Source: Formosa sp. Hel1_33_131 (GTDB taxonomy: Bacteria; Bacteroidota; Bacteroidia; Flavobacteriales; Flavobacteriaceae). From it: a stretch of DNA of 32,000 bases. The stretch is taken from NCBI RefSeq assembly GCF_001735745.1, contig NZ_CP017260.1, positions 750,001 through 782,000 of the forward strand, written 5' to 3'. How positions within the stretch are numbered: the first letter of the stretch is position 1; every line of letters begins with the position of its first letter. The notes below the pieces were generated by a model. It had not been told where the DNA came from and ran no database searches. It worked only from the letters and a program-made list of their open reading frames with translations. Below, piece by piece: positions 1 through 10,480 of this stretch. A program made the position numbers and the translations under genes.

Positions 1-419
1 TTTTCATCACAAGCATACATCAAATGCCCTAAAATACTGCTGGTGGTTGTTTTGCCGTGCGTTCCTGCGACTGCCAAACATTGAGTATGCTCTGTCACAA
101 GTCCTAAAACTTCGGAACGTTTTAAAACCTGAAAATCGTTTGTTTTAAAATACTGTAAAATCGCATTTGATTCAGAAACTGCCGGTGTAAACACAATAAG
201 TGTATCTTTTGGATTTAAAAACCGTTCATCAATCTGATTCGTATGCGTTTCAAATTGAACACCAACCCCTAAATCTACAAGAGACTGCGTGATCAAAGTG
301 GGTGTTTTATCATAACCCCCAACCACTTTACCATCCGCCACAAAGTATTTAGCAAGTGCACTCATACCAACACCACCGATGCCAATAAAATATATGTTAT
401 GGATGGTTTTTAAATTCAT
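1..419 (-). CDS. murC: UDP-N-acetylmuramate--L-alanine ligase MurC, N-terminal fragment (gene continues past position 1)
   Basis: Absent from the ORF track because it runs off the window. Hand translation from ATG 419..417 gives [20 protein letters not shown]...[23 protein letters not shown], with a Rossmann GxGxxG and a Mur-ligase GxxGKT P-loop. ATGA overlap with the murG stop. Canonical dcw position after murG. Confidence 0.9.
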   Translation of the reverse strand, partial: MNLKTIHNIYFIGIGGVGMSALAKYFVADGKVVGGYDKTPTLITQSLVDLGVGVQFETHTNQIDERFLNPKDTLIVFTPAVSESNAILQYFKTNDFQVLKRSEVLGLVTEHTQCLAVAGTHGKTTTSSILGHLMYACDE

Positions 420-1510
420 TTGTTTAATAGCTTTTCAATTTCATCAGCGATGGTTTGGGTCGCTTGTTTTAAGGCTAATTTTTTAATGTTTGTTGACAAT
501 TCTATTTGTTGTGAGTCAGACGCCATGAGGTCCGAAAACTGTATTTCAAAATTTGATTCTAAATCTTTTTCACTTATGAGTATTGCTGCCTTTTTTTCTG
601 AAACTGCCAAGGCATTTTTGGTTTGGTGGTCATCTGATACATTCGGCGACGGAATGAAAATTACGGGTTTTCCAACCAAACAAAGTTCCGATACAGAACT
701 GGCACCCGCTCTAGATATTACAATATCCGCTGCGGCATAGGCCAAATCCATTCGATTCAAGAACGTATGTACTTGCACTCCCTCAAAGATGCTAAAATGT
801 TGGTAATCCTTGGAGTATAAATCCCCACATTGCCATATCGTCTGAACCTCTAAACCATCTAAAAAATCCAATTTGGATTCTATAAGTTCATTCATGCGTC
901 GCGATCCCAAACTCCCCCCTAACACCAACAGTGTTTTTTTGTTGGGATCTAAATTGAAATACGCTTGCGCTTCCGCTGATTTCTGATCTAAATCCAGTAA
1001 GTCTTGACGTACAGGGTTGCCTGTTAAAATCAATTTATCTTTTGGAAAAAAGCGTTCTAAACCTTCATAGGCCACACAAACTTTATTTACTTTTTTGGAT
1101 AATAATTTATTGGTAATTCCTGGGAACGAATTTTGTTCTTGTATCAATGTAGGCACGCCTTTCATTGCAGCGACCAGCAATAAAGGACCACTGGCAAAAC
1201 CACCGGTTCCAATCACAACATCGGGTTTAAAGGCATTGACAATGTCCATCGACTTCAATAAACTCACTACTAATTTCAGGGGGAATAATAGATTTTTTAA
1301 GGTCAATCGTCTTTGAATTCCCGAAATCCACAACCCTTTAATCGCATATCCGGCTTGCGGCACTTTTTGCATTTCCATTTTATCCTTTGCACCCACAAAT
1401 AAAAACTCCGATTTTGGAAACCGTGCTTTTAATTCGTTGGCAACGGCAATCGCAGGGTAGATATGACCTCCTGTTCCTCCACCTGATAATATGATTTTAT
1501 ATGCTTTCAT
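416..1510 (-). CDS. murG: Undecaprenyldiphospho-muramoylpentapeptide beta-N-acetylglucosaminyltransferase MurG
   Basis: 364 aa. N-terminal [10 protein letters not shown] motif typical of MurG and a GT28 two-domain layout. Lies between ftsW and murC. Confidence 0.95.
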   Translation of the reverse strand: MKAYKIILSGGGTGGHIYPAIAVANELKARFPKSEFLFVGAKDKMEMQKVPQAGYAIKGLWISGIQRRLTLKNLLFPLKLVVSLLKSMDIVNAFKPDVVIGTGGFASGPLLLVAAMKGVPTLIQEQNSFPGITNKLLSKKVNKVCVAYEGLERFFPKDKLILTGNPVRQDLLDLDQKSAEAQAYFNLDPNKKTLLVLGGSLGSRRMNELIESKLDFLDGLEVQTIWQCGDLYSKDYQHFSIFEGVQVHTFLNRMDLAYAAADIVISRAGASSVSELCLVGKPVIFIPSPNVSDDHQTKNALAVSEKKAAILISEKDLESNFEIQFSDLMASDSQQIELSTNIKKLALKQATQTIADEIEKLLNK

Positions 1511-2703
1511 TATAGTGCTTCGCTTAATATTTCTAAAGGGTGTTGTTCTTCGTTTTCTTGTGCTTTTTCAGCATCTCGTTTGGCGCTTACACTCAACACA
1601 ATTCCCAGTGCCAAGCAAGTCACCCAAATAGAGGTTCCTCCGCTACTTATGAGCGGTAATGTTTGTCCCGTTACTGGAAATAATTCTACAGCAACGCCCA
1701 TATTCACTAAGGCTTGAAATATGATTGGAATTCCAACGCCTATACTTAATAATTTTCCGAAAATGGTTTCTGATTTTTGGGCGACAATCACAATCCTAAA
1801 TAATAACCACAGATACAGAAACAGTAAACACATGCCGCCTATGAGTCCGTATTCTTCAATAATAATGGCAAAAATAAAATCAGAAGAGGACTGTGGCAAA
1901 AAGTTTTTTTGAATACTTTTCCCTGGTCCTAGCCCTTGAATACCTCCAGTTGCAATGGCTATTTTGGCTTTCTCAATTTGATAATCTTCGACAGTGACAT
2001 CTGCATCCATAAAACTTGTAATACGACTCGTCCATGTATCCACTCTATTTGGCATCAAATCTGGAAATGCTTTGGCAGTTAACACAAATAGCATCAACAC
2101 TACAACGCCTGAGCCTATAATAACAGATAAATATTTTAACGGGTAGCCTCCTAAAAAAGTTAGTAAAATTACCATTGAAAAAATAAGTGCTGCCGTTGAA
2201 AAATTGGCAGGAAGAATCAGTGCTAATACGACAAAAACAGGAATCCATAATGGAAGAATCGAGTCTTTAAAAGAGAGGACTTGATCTTTTATTTTTGATA
2301 AATAGCGCGCCACATATACCATTAAAACCAAAGCAGCCAAGGTAGATGGTTGGAATGTAAATCCAACAATTGGAACCCGAATCCATCGACTTGCATTGGC
2401 CCCTCCTATGGTTGAACCTTGCAGCATGGTGACTACCAATAATATTAAAACCACAGGAATCATCACCAAGGAAAGCCCCCTAAAATAACGGTATGGAATT
2501 TTATGAACGCCATATATAATTGAGAACCCCAAAAATAGATGCACAAAGTGTTTGATAAAATAACTAAAGGTATTGCTGCCGTTTCCAATGTAGGCTAAAT
2601 TACTGGCCGCACTGTACACCGGTAGAAATGAGAATACTGCCAACAAAGCAGCTATGGCCCAAATGATACGATCTCCTTTTATGTTATCAAATACTGTCTT
2701 CAT
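1510..2703 (-). CDS. ftsW: SEDS-family cell-division peptidoglycan polymerase FtsW
   Basis: 397 aa polytopic membrane protein. Contains the SEDS-like block [18 protein letters not shown]. Sits in the dcw position between murD and murG. Confidence 0.9.
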   Translation of the reverse strand: MKTVFDNIKGDRIIWAIAALLAVFSFLPVYSAASNLAYIGNGSNTFSYFIKHFVHLFLGFSIIYGVHKIPYRYFRGLSLVMIPVVLILLVVTMLQGSTIGGANASRWIRVPIVGFTFQPSTLAALVLMVYVARYLSKIKDQVLSFKDSILPLWIPVFVVLALILPANFSTAALIFSMVILLTFLGGYPLKYLSVIIGSGVVVLMLFVLTAKAFPDLMPNRVDTWTSRITSFMDADVTVEDYQIEKAKIAIATGGIQGLGPGKSIQKNFLPQSSSDFIFAIIIEEYGLIGGMCLLFLYLWLLFRIVIVAQKSETIFGKLLSIGVGIPIIFQALVNMGVAVELFPVTGQTLPLISSGGTSIWVTCLALGIVLSVSAKRDAEKAQENEEQHPLEILSEAL

Positions 2704-4034
2704 TATAACTGTCTTACAGCGGCTTTAAATTGATGACCACGGTCTTCATAATTTTCAAATAAATCAAAACTTGCACAAGCAGGAGATAACAATACTGACT
2801 CCCCAGCAGTGGCAATTTTATAAGCGATTTTCACAGCCTCACTCATATACTGCGTTTCTATGATGTTTTCCACCATATTTCCAAAAGCATCAAACAATGC
2901 TTCGTTGTCTTTTCCTAAGCAAATAATTGCTTTGACTTTTTCATTAATAAATGGAAACAATGCTTTGTAATCATTTCCTTTATCAACCCCACCTACAATC
3001 CAAACGGTCGGCGTATTCATGCTTTCTAAAGCATAATAAGTTGCGTTCACATTGGTGGCCTTGGAATCGTTTATGTACTGAACTTTGTTGATTGTCAAAA
3101 CTTGTTCCAAGCGGTGCTCTGCACCCTGAAATCCTTCGAGACTTTCTCGGATGGTTGCTTTTCTAATTTTCAATAGATGTGCAACAGTCGATGCAGCCAT
3201 CGCATTTTTAATGTTGTGCTTTCCTTCTAAAGCTAAGTTTGTTGTTGGCATAATTATGTCTCTATTGTTAAATTCTATTATTATATTATTTTGTTCTAAA
3301 TAGGTTCCGTTTGTGACTTTTCTGCGAAGCGAAAAAGGCACTAATGTCGATTGAATTGGATGGGTATTTATATAGGATACGATGACCTCATCATCTGCAT
3401 CATATATTAAATAATCATCCGATGTTTGGTTCATGGCGATTCTAAATTTTGAAGCGATATAGTTTACAAATTTATAATCGTAGCGGTCCAAATGATCCGG
3501 TGTGATGTTGGTAATAATCGCAATGTGCGGTCTGAATTTCTCAATCCCATCTAACTGAAAACTACTCAACTCCAAAACGTAGTTGGCATTGCTATTTAGG
3601 ACTTGCTTGGCAAAGCTCTCACCAATATTCCCTCCAATCGCTACGTCCAATCCTGCCTGCTTCAATATCTGATGAACCATCAGAGTGGTCGTGGTTTTAC
3701 CGTTACTCCCCGTAATTCCAATGATATTCGCCGTGGTAAATGCTGCTGCAAATTCAATTTCTGAAATCACAGAAATAGTGGCTTTGTGTAATTTTTGAAT
3801 CAGTGGAACACCATCTGGAATCCCAGGACTTTTAACCACTACATCCGCATTTAAAATTTTGGATTCGGTATGCCCTTCTTCTTCCCATTCAATCTCATTA
3901 TGTCTAAGAACGTCTTTATATTTTTTTGCAATCTTTCCAGCATCAGAAAGAAATACGTTGTACTCTTTTTCTTTTCCCAACAGCGCGGCACCTACACCAC
4001 TTTCACCCCCGCCAAGAATCACCAATCGCTTCAT
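2703..4034 (-). CDS. murD: UDP-N-acetylmuramoylalanine--D-glutamate ligase MurD
   Basis: 443 aa. Mur-ligase P-loop GITGSNGKTTTT and N-terminal Rossmann ILGGGESGVG. Canonical position. Confidence 0.95.
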   Translation of the reverse strand: MKRLVILGGGESGVGAALLGKEKEYNVFLSDAGKIAKKYKDVLRHNEIEWEEEGHTESKILNADVVVKSPGIPDGVPLIQKLHKATISVISEIEFAAAFTTANIIGITGSNGKTTTTLMVHQILKQAGLDVAIGGNIGESFAKQVLNSNANYVLELSSFQLDGIEKFRPHIAIITNITPDHLDRYDYKFVNYIASKFRIAMNQTSDDYLIYDADDEVIVSYINTHPIQSTLVPFSLRRKVTNGTYLEQNNIIIEFNNRDIIMPTTNLALEGKHNIKNAMAASTVAHLLKIRKATIRESLEGFQGAEHRLEQVLTINKVQYINDSKATNVNATYYALESMNTPTVWIVGGVDKGNDYKALFPFINEKVKAIICLGKDNEALFDAFGNMVENIIETQYMSEAVKIAYKIATAGESVLLSPACASFDLFENYEDRGHQFKAAVRQL

Positions 4035-5267
4035 CTATCGAATTTTCAAAGTGACGATAGTTAAAATGGCCAACAGAATTCCCACAATCCAAAAGCGTGT
4101 TACGATTTTGCTTTCGTGATATCCTGATTTTTGATAATGATGATGCAAAGGCGACATTTTAAAAATGCGTCGGCCTTCGCCATATTTTTTTCGGGTATAT
4201 TTAAAGTAACCTACTTGCAATACCACTGATAAATTTTCTGCTAAGAAGATTCCACACAATACAGGAATCAACCATTCTTTACGCACTGCAATGGCGATGA
4301 CTGCAATAATTCCACCGATGGTCAAACTCCCTGTATCGCCCATAAACACTTGCGCTGGATAGGTGTTGTACCAAAGAAAACCAATCAATGCCCCCACAAA
4401 CGCGGCGATATAAATAGTGATTTCTTCCACTCTAGGGATGTACATGATATTTAAATAATCAGAGAAAATAATGTTACCCGACACCCAAGCAAAAATACCC
4501 AAGGTCAATACAATAATTGCGGAGGTTCCTGCTGCCAAACCATCTATTCCATCTGTTAGATTAGCACCATTAGAAACGGCTGTGATGATAAAAATAACAA
4601 CTAAGACAAACACAATCCATGCATATTTTTCTAAACCAGGATGGATCCAAGTGATCAAATCGGCATAGTCAAATTCATTTGATTTTACAAAAGGAATGGT
4701 TGTTTTGGTCGACTTTGCTTCAGGGTAAAACTGAATGGACGACTGCTGACCCGCCACCGTTTCAACCTGTAAGTTTGCTGGAATTTTTTCTTTAATAGTC
4801 ACATCGCTGTGAAAAAACAAAGTGGTTCCGACGATGATTCCCAAGCCTATTTGACCCAAAACCTTAAACCGTCCTTTTAAACCTTCTTTATCATTTTTAA
4901 ATTTTTTGATATAGTCATCAATAAACCCAATGACTCCCATCCATATGGTGGTGATGAGCAATAAAATAATATAAATATTATCTAATTTGGCCAGTAATAA
5001 AACGGGGATTAGAGTGGCTAAAATAATAATCACCCCTCCCATTGTTGGCGTTCCTGCCTTTTCCTTTTGTCCTTCTAAACCTAAATCACGTATGGTTTCT
5101 CCGACCTGTTGTTTTTGGAGAAAACGAATGATGCGTTTTCCAAAAATCGTTGAAATTAGTAATGATAAAATAATCGCTACTGCCGCTCTAAAGGTTAGAA
5201 ACCCAAAAAGAGAGGCACCAGGGAATTGGTGGGATTCTTCTAAATATTTGAATAAATAGTATAACAT
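4035..5267 (-). CDS. mraY: Phospho-N-acetylmuramoyl-pentapeptide transferase MraY
   Basis: 410 aa, about 10 TM segments. Has the [10 protein letters not shown] and MGDTGSL motifs and the SPLHHHY histidine cluster characteristic of MraY. Confidence 0.95.
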   Translation of the reverse strand: MLYYLFKYLEESHQFPGASLFGFLTFRAAVAIILSLLISTIFGKRIIRFLQKQQVGETIRDLGLEGQKEKAGTPTMGGVIIILATLIPVLLLAKLDNIYIILLLITTIWMGVIGFIDDYIKKFKNDKEGLKGRFKVLGQIGLGIIVGTTLFFHSDVTIKEKIPANLQVETVAGQQSSIQFYPEAKSTKTTIPFVKSNEFDYADLITWIHPGLEKYAWIVFVLVVIFIITAVSNGANLTDGIDGLAAGTSAIIVLTLGIFAWVSGNIIFSDYLNIMYIPRVEEITIYIAAFVGALIGFLWYNTYPAQVFMGDTGSLTIGGIIAVIAIAVRKEWLIPVLCGIFLAENLSVVLQVGYFKYTRKKYGEGRRIFKMSPLHHHYQKSGYHESKIVTRFWIVGILLAILTIVTLKIR

Positions 5268-5268
5268 A

Positions 5269-6732
5269 TTATAGTTCTAGTCCTATTAAAATTGTTTGAG
5301 ATAGCTTGTTGTCATTAAACTTATGTCTGACCCCTCTAACTTCTTGGTACGCCTCATGTCCTTTGCCTGCAATCAGAATAATATCATGAGGCCGTGCAAG
5401 CTTACAGGCGGCTGTGATGGCTTCTTTTCGATCTTTAATGGATATAATTTTATCTAAATTCTCAGGCTTGACCCCAGCTTCCATTTCAGAAATAATTTGC
5501 TGTGGTTTTTCAGACCTCGGATTGTCACTTGTGAAAAACACTTTTGAACTCAATGCCGATGCGATGTGCCCCATTTTTGGACGTTTAGTTTTATCGCGAT
5601 CGCCCCCGCATCCAACCACCGTAATGAGTGTCTGTTTTTTGGTTCGAATCGTATTGATGGTTTCAAGCACATTTTTCAAAGCGTCTGGCGTATGCGCATA
5701 ATCAATGATCACTGTGATTTCGAAAGTTGTTGTGTAGTGCTGAAATCGCCCACTGACATTGGTGACTAAACTCAAATGCCGAAGTATTTCGGATTTTTCC
5801 ATCCCTAAAAGTTCAGCAACCCCGTAAATAGCAACTAAATTATAGGCATTAAAACTCCCTATCAATCGAGTCATTACTTCTTGATCGTTTATTTTCAACA
5901 GCAGCCCGCTAAATTGATTTTCTAAGATTTGAACACGGAAATCTGCATAACTTTTTAAAGCATAAGTAGATTGTTTGGATTTGGTGTTTTGAACCATAAC
6001 CGAACCGTTTTTATCATCGGCGTTCACAAGGGCAAATGCCGTTGCTGGCAATTGATCAAAGAACGATTTTTTTACATCTCTATACTCCGCAAATGAAGCA
6101 TGATAGTCTAAATGATCATGCGAAAGATTGGTAAACACACCTCCATCAAACAACAACCCTTCGGTTCTATATTGATGAATTCCATGCGAACTGACTTCCA
6201 TAAAACAAAACTCAACCCCTTGGGCATTCATTTGACTTAAATACGAATTGATGACTAAAGAATCGGGAGTCGTATGACTTGTTGGAAATTCCTCGCGATC
6301 TACCATGATTTTTACGGTAGAGATGAGCCCCACTTTATAACCCGCTAGTTTAAACAATTCATAAAGAAGCGTTGCAACCGTGGTCTTGCCATTGGTTCCT
6401 GTAATTCCAATCAGCTTAATATCCTTAGAAGGATTTTCATAATAATTAGAAGCCATAAGTGTCAAGGCTCTCGCCGTACTCTTCACTTTTATATAGGTAA
6501 TATCGGTCTCTAATAGTTCGGGTAAATCCTCACAAACAATGACCTCTGCACCTTTATCAATTGCCTTAATAATAAACTCATGACCATCAAAGACACCGCC
6601 TTTAATTGCCACAAAAACACTGTCTTGCTCAACTTTTCGAGAATCGTATTGTATGCTAGAAACAGATCGGCTCATAGATCCAACGACCGACTCAGTAACC
6701 ACTTTCTTTAATATGTTTTTTAGAGTTTTCAT
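5269..6732 (-). CDS. murE: UDP-N-acetylmuramoyl-L-alanyl-D-glutamate--2,6-diaminopimelate ligase MurE
   Basis: 487 aa. P-loop [14 protein letters not shown] motif encoded at 5515..5526 (GAC AAT CCG AGG on the minus strand), which marks meso-DAP-adding MurE enzymes. Confidence 0.95.
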   Translation of the reverse strand: MKTLKNILKKVVTESVVGSMSRSVSSIQYDSRKVEQDSVFVAIKGGVFDGHEFIIKAIDKGAEVIVCEDLPELLETDITYIKVKSTARALTLMASNYYENPSKDIKLIGITGTNGKTTVATLLYELFKLAGYKVGLISTVKIMVDREEFPTSHTTPDSLVINSYLSQMNAQGVEFCFMEVSSHGIHQYRTEGLLFDGGVFTNLSHDHLDYHASFAEYRDVKKSFFDQLPATAFALVNADDKNGSVMVQNTKSKQSTYALKSYADFRVQILENQFSGLLLKINDQEVMTRLIGSFNAYNLVAIYGVAELLGMEKSEILRHLSLVTNVSGRFQHYTTTFEITVIIDYAHTPDALKNVLETINTIRTKKQTLITVVGCGGDRDKTKRPKMGHIASALSSKVFFTSDNPRSEKPQQIISEMEAGVKPENLDKIISIKDRKEAITAACKLARPHDIILIAGKGHEAYQEVRGVRHKFNDNKLSQTILIGLEL

Positions 6733-8738
6733 GATAAAACGAGGGTTATTGTAGATTGGGGTTTAATTTTTTGACCACTTTTTATCGATTGCTTTGAAAC
6801 AGTCCCGTTGCCTACCGTTTGCACCTTAAGACCCATGTTTTCTAAAATAGCAATCGCATCCATAGCCGCCATCCCTTTTAAATTAGGCATGATCGTTTTA
6901 TACTTTTGCGCTACGGCATAATAGGTGTCATAATTGGTTTCAACCGTCTCTGACTTTTGATTGACATCCTCCACCTCATCAATCACAGGGGCATCTGTGA
7001 ATATTTTTTGTGCGATTTTTTTGAATACGGGCCCCGACACATCGGCTCCATAATAGCCCACACTTTTATCGGGTTCATGAATCACAACAATGCAAGAGTA
7101 TTTTGGATCATCTGCAGGGAAATATCCTGAAAAAGATGAAATATAGTTTAATTGATCTTTGTTTGCATAATCCTTTTGACAGGTGCCTGTTTTGCCCGCC
7201 ATCGAAAATTTGTCTGAGTACAAGCCGTGCCCTGTCCCATGCTCTTTTTCTACCACATTTTTAAGCAGCTGCTGTAGCTTTAAAACGGTTTCTTCTGAAC
7301 AAATTCGAGGATTGATAACCTCGGTGTTGAAAGTTTCTATTGAAGTCTCAATCTCTTTAATTTCACGTAAAAATTTTGGACGCACCATGACACCATCATT
7401 TGCAATGGCATTGTAAAACGTTAAGGTTTGAAGCGGGGTAAAAGAGACGCCGTAGCCATACGCCATCCATTGCAGCGCAATACCACTCCAACGACCATTT
7501 TTAATTCTTGGATCTGGAATGATTGATTTGCCTTCTCCCGTAAGCGGAAGCCCTAAAGAATCTTGCAGATTCATTCTGTACAATCCATCCACAAATTTTT
7601 CGGGATTTTTCTTGTACGCGTTGTGAATCATTTTAACGATTCCTGTATTAGAAGACACCTCAAAAGCTTTGGCGACGGAGATGTTTCCATACCCTCCTTT
7701 TTTAGAGTCTTTTACTTTTTTACCATAAAAAGTCAATACGCCTTTTTTAGTATCCACCATAGTCGTGGTATCAATCACTTTGTCTTCTAAAGCGACTGCC
7801 AAGGCCATGAGTTTAAACGTTGAGCCCGGCTCATGCGATTCACCCACTGCATAGTTGAGACGCTCATAATAGAGACCTTCTTTATTTCGACCCAAATTAG
7901 AAATGGCACGTATCTCGCCTGTTTTCGTTTCCATCACCACCACAGTTCCATGATCGGCTTTGTATTTTTCCAATTGCTCCAAAAGTGCATGGTGGGCTAT
8001 ATCTTGAATGTTGACATCAATGGTTGTATAGATATCGTACCCATCTTGTGGTTCCACCTGATTGTAATCTTCAATGGGTTTCCACTGCCCTTTGCCAATT
8101 TTTTGTTTGCGCCTCTGACCGTCTTCTCCTCTTAAATATTTTTCGCCAAATGCACCATCAATCCCAACACGTGTCACATTGCCTTGGTCATCAAAACGCT
8201 CATATCCGATCAATCGTTGTGCAATGGCTCCCAATGGATAATCGCGCTTAGTGGTTTGCTCCACAATAAGTCCGCCTTTGAAAGCACCTAAATTCAACAG
8301 TGGGAAATCTCTGAATTGTAAATACTGAGAGTAATCTAAGTTTCTCGCTAACAGAAAATAACGGTTTTTATTTTCGCGTGCTAAACGCAATTTACGCTTA
8401 TATTCCGCTGACGATGTATTATTGAAATTTGCCAACGAATCACATAAGGGTTCTATAAACGCTTCGTAATTTTTATTGGTTGGCGCTACCAAATCAATAC
8501 GAATATCATACTTAGGCACGGACGTCGCCAACAAGCTTCCTCCTACAGAATATACATTTCCACGATTTGCAGGAATGGTCACATCTTTAATGGTTCGGTC
8601 ATCCGCAAGACTGCGGTACCGCTCCCCTTCCACAAACTGAATGGTGACTAATTTATACACTACTAAAAGCGCAAAAATGAACATAGCTCCACTAGTGAAG
8701 TACAGTTTGTTCATTATAGACTTTTCAGTTGATTGCAT
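6729..8738 (-). CDS. ftsI: Class B penicillin-binding protein / division transpeptidase FtsI with a C-terminal PASTA domain
   Basis: 669 aa with an N-terminal TM anchor. Transpeptidase triad STFK (SxxK), SSN (SxN) and KTGT. The last 53 aa (MPNLKGM...ITLVLS) match the PASTA fold pattern. Canonical dcw position. Confidence 0.9.
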   Translation of the reverse strand: MQSTEKSIMNKLYFTSGAMFIFALLVVYKLVTIQFVEGERYRSLADDRTIKDVTIPANRGNVYSVGGSLLATSVPKYDIRIDLVAPTNKNYEAFIEPLCDSLANFNNTSSAEYKRKLRLARENKNRYFLLARNLDYSQYLQFRDFPLLNLGAFKGGLIVEQTTKRDYPLGAIAQRLIGYERFDDQGNVTRVGIDGAFGEKYLRGEDGQRRKQKIGKGQWKPIEDYNQVEPQDGYDIYTTIDVNIQDIAHHALLEQLEKYKADHGTVVVMETKTGEIRAISNLGRNKEGLYYERLNYAVGESHEPGSTFKLMALAVALEDKVIDTTTMVDTKKGVLTFYGKKVKDSKKGGYGNISVAKAFEVSSNTGIVKMIHNAYKKNPEKFVDGLYRMNLQDSLGLPLTGEGKSIIPDPRIKNGRWSGIALQWMAYGYGVSFTPLQTLTFYNAIANDGVMVRPKFLREIKEIETSIETFNTEVINPRICSEETVLKLQQLLKNVVEKEHGTGHGLYSDKFSMAGKTGTCQKDYANKDQLNYISSFSGYFPADDPKYSCIVVIHEPDKSVGYYGADVSGPVFKKIAQKIFTDAPVIDEVEDVNQKSETVETNYDTYYAVAQKYKTIMPNLKGMAAMDAIAILENMGLKVQTVGNGTVSKQSIKSGQKIKPQSTITLVLS

Positions 8739-8742
8739 TGAA

Positions 8743-9063
8743 TTAGTTCGTTTTAGATTTAATGATAATTTTAAAAGGAGGATTGGACGACGGCTTGATT
8801 CCTTGATCTGACAAGCGTTTTCGTATCACCGATTCCATTTTAAGCTCCATCAATTGCGCACGGGTTTCCACATACGTAGAACGGTAGGCTTTCACCTGTT
8901 CATTGAGTCTTGCTATTTTGTAAACTTTGCTGTCTGCGTTATGAGAACTTGCAATCATTATAAGTGCAAGGGCTAAAAAAAAGAAAATCAGACGCCAATT
9001 TTTAAAAGCGCCATCACTTACGAGAAAGGTTCCTTTTAAAATATTATACATCCTGTTTTTCAT
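8743..9063 (-). CDS. FtsL-like small bitopic cell-division protein (Bacteroidota type)
   Basis: 106 aa with a single TM (WRLIFFFLALALIMIASS) followed by a coiled-coil-like segment. Sits between rsmH and ftsI where ftsL is found. Resembles flavobacterial FtsL-like proteins (ILKGxFL..DxAFKNWR). Confidence 0.8.
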   Translation of the reverse strand: MKNRMYNILKGTFLVSDGAFKNWRLIFFFLALALIMIASSHNADSKVYKIARLNEQVKAYRSTYVETRAQLMELKMESVIRKRLSDQGIKPSSNPPFKIIIKSKTN

Positions 9064-9980
9064 CAGTCTTGTTTTGAATTTAACTTTTCAGCGATTCTTA
9101 ATTTAGCACTGCGTGCTCTGTTATTTAGTTTTATTTCTTTGGCATCTGGAACAATCAAACCGCCTACTTTTTTAAGGGGGACTTCAAAATTTCCAAAAAC
9201 ATCTTTTTCAGGTTCTCCTTCAAACAAACCACTTCTTATAAATCGTTTTACCAAACGGTCTTCTAACGAATGATAAGAGATAACACTCAACCGTCCACCA
9301 TCATTCAACAACTCAGGTGTTTGCAATAAAAACTCTTTTAGAACCTCAATCTCCTGGTTCACTTCAATCCGAATCGCTTGGTATATCTGTGCTAAAATTT
9401 TATTTTCTCTTCCGTGAGGCAAGTGTTTACTTAAAACAGCTTTCAACTCAAAAGTGGTTTCAATTGCTTTTTCTGTTCTTGCTGCAACAATGGTTTTTGC
9501 CAAGGCCGGTGACGTTCTTAATTCTCCGTACTGCCAAAACACACGTTTTAAATCTTCTTCCTCGTAGGTATTCACCAACGAATAGGCCGAAAGCACATCT
9601 TGTTGATTCATCCGCATATCTAATTGAGCGTCAAATCGGATTGAAAATCCTCTGTCGGCCTCATCAAATTGATGTGAGGAAACTCCAAAATCAGCTAAAA
9701 TTCCATCAACCGATTTAATGCCGTGAAATCTCAAAAAGCGTTTCACATATCTGAAATTCTCATTGACTAATAAAAATCGAGAATCATCAATGGTATTTAA
9801 AAGAGCGTCTTTGTCCTGATCGAAGGCGATGAGCCTTCCTTTAGAACCTAAAGATTCGAGTATTTTTCTGCTGTGACCTCCACCTCCAAATGTCACATCT
9901 ACATAGACACCGTCTTCTTTAATATTTAAACCCTCAACGGTTTCGCTGAGTAATACGGGGTTATGATACTCCATCTGCAT
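9063..9980 (-). CDS. rsmH: 16S rRNA (cytosine1402-N4)-methyltransferase RsmH (MraW)
   Basis: 305 aa. N-terminal YHNPVLL and the SAM-binding DVTFGGGGHS motif. The start could instead be the Met at 9974. Overlaps the 3' end of mraZ. Confidence 0.95.
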   Translation of the reverse strand: MQMEYHNPVLLSETVEGLNIKEDGVYVDVTFGGGGHSRKILESLGSKGRLIAFDQDKDALLNTIDDSRFLLVNENFRYVKRFLRFHGIKSVDGILADFGVSSHQFDEADRGFSIRFDAQLDMRMNQQDVLSAYSLVNTYEEEDLKRVFWQYGELRTSPALAKTIVAARTEKAIETTFELKAVLSKHLPHGRENKILAQIYQAIRIEVNQEIEVLKEFLLQTPELLNDGGRLSVISYHSLEDRLVKRFIRSGLFEGEPEKDVFGNFEVPLKKVGGLIVPDAKEIKLNNRARSAKLRIAEKLNSKQD

Positions 9981-10428
9981 CGTCTTGTCCCATTACATCT
10001 TCAGCTAAATCTGCAAAATCATCTGCAGCATCATCAATGGCTTTTTCGTATTTATCTTTATCCCAAATTTCTATAATATTCACTGCCGAAGTCACGACGA
10101 TTTCTTTAGTGATCCCCGCAAAACCTACAAGGTCTTTTGGGATTAATAATCGTCCCGACACATCTAAATCTATTGATTTCACTCCAGCCGTGAACCGTCT
10201 GATGAAATCATTGTTTTTCTTTTTGAATCGATTGAGTTTATTAACGTTTTGCATCATGGACTCCCACTCCTGCATTGGATACAACTCCAAACACGGCTGA
10301 AAAACAGCACGCTTTAACACAAACCCTTTTTCCGTGACGGAAGCAAGCTGCTTTTTAAACGCAACAGGCAGCATAAGCCTTCCTTTTGCATCTACCTTAC
10401 ATTCGTATGTTCCAATTAATGTGTTCAA
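9961..10428 (-). CDS. mraZ: Transcriptional regulator MraZ
   Basis: 155 aa. Duplicated SpoVT/AbrB-like halves, each with a D..GR motif (VDAKGRLMLP and DVSGRLLIP). First gene of the dcw cluster. The start is TTG at 10428..10426, with a stop in frame 15 nt upstream and no in-frame ATG between them. Confidence 0.9.
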   Translation of the reverse strand: MNTLIGTYECKVDAKGRLMLPVAFKKQLASVTEKGFVLKRAVFQPCLELYPMQEWESMMQNVNKLNRFKKKNNDFIRRFTAGVKSIDLDVSGRLLIPKDLVGFAGITKEIVVTSAVNIIEIWDKDKYEKAIDDAADDFADLAEDVMGQDDADGVS

Positions 10429-10461
10429 TTGTAGTGTTATGATTTAATAAATTCTTGAATT

Positions 10462-10469
10462 CAAAGCTA
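10462..10469 (-). promoter_or_regulatory. Putative Bacteroidota -7 promoter box for mraZ/dcw (TAGCTTTG = TAnnTTTG)
   Basis: Exact match to the TAnnTTTG consensus on the minus strand. It lies 33 nt upstream of the mraZ TTG start and 11 nt downstream of the GTGG repeat array. Confidence 0.55.
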
Positions 10470-10480
10470 AAAAATATTTA

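Noticed and set aside
420-740. Antisense shadow ORFs in the track, for example 420..740+, 1095..1316+, 3859..4119+, 7833..8135+, 9317..9718+ (133 aa), 13931..14281-, 14893..15174-, 16515..16826+, 16850..17173+, 17960..18250+, 28401..28673+ and 30668..30967+.
   Set aside because: All lie entirely inside, and opposite to, strongly supported conserved genes. Their translations are low-complexity or Cys/Phe/Ser-rich with no motifs, and they have no independent promoter or terminator context. This is typical of open antisense frames.
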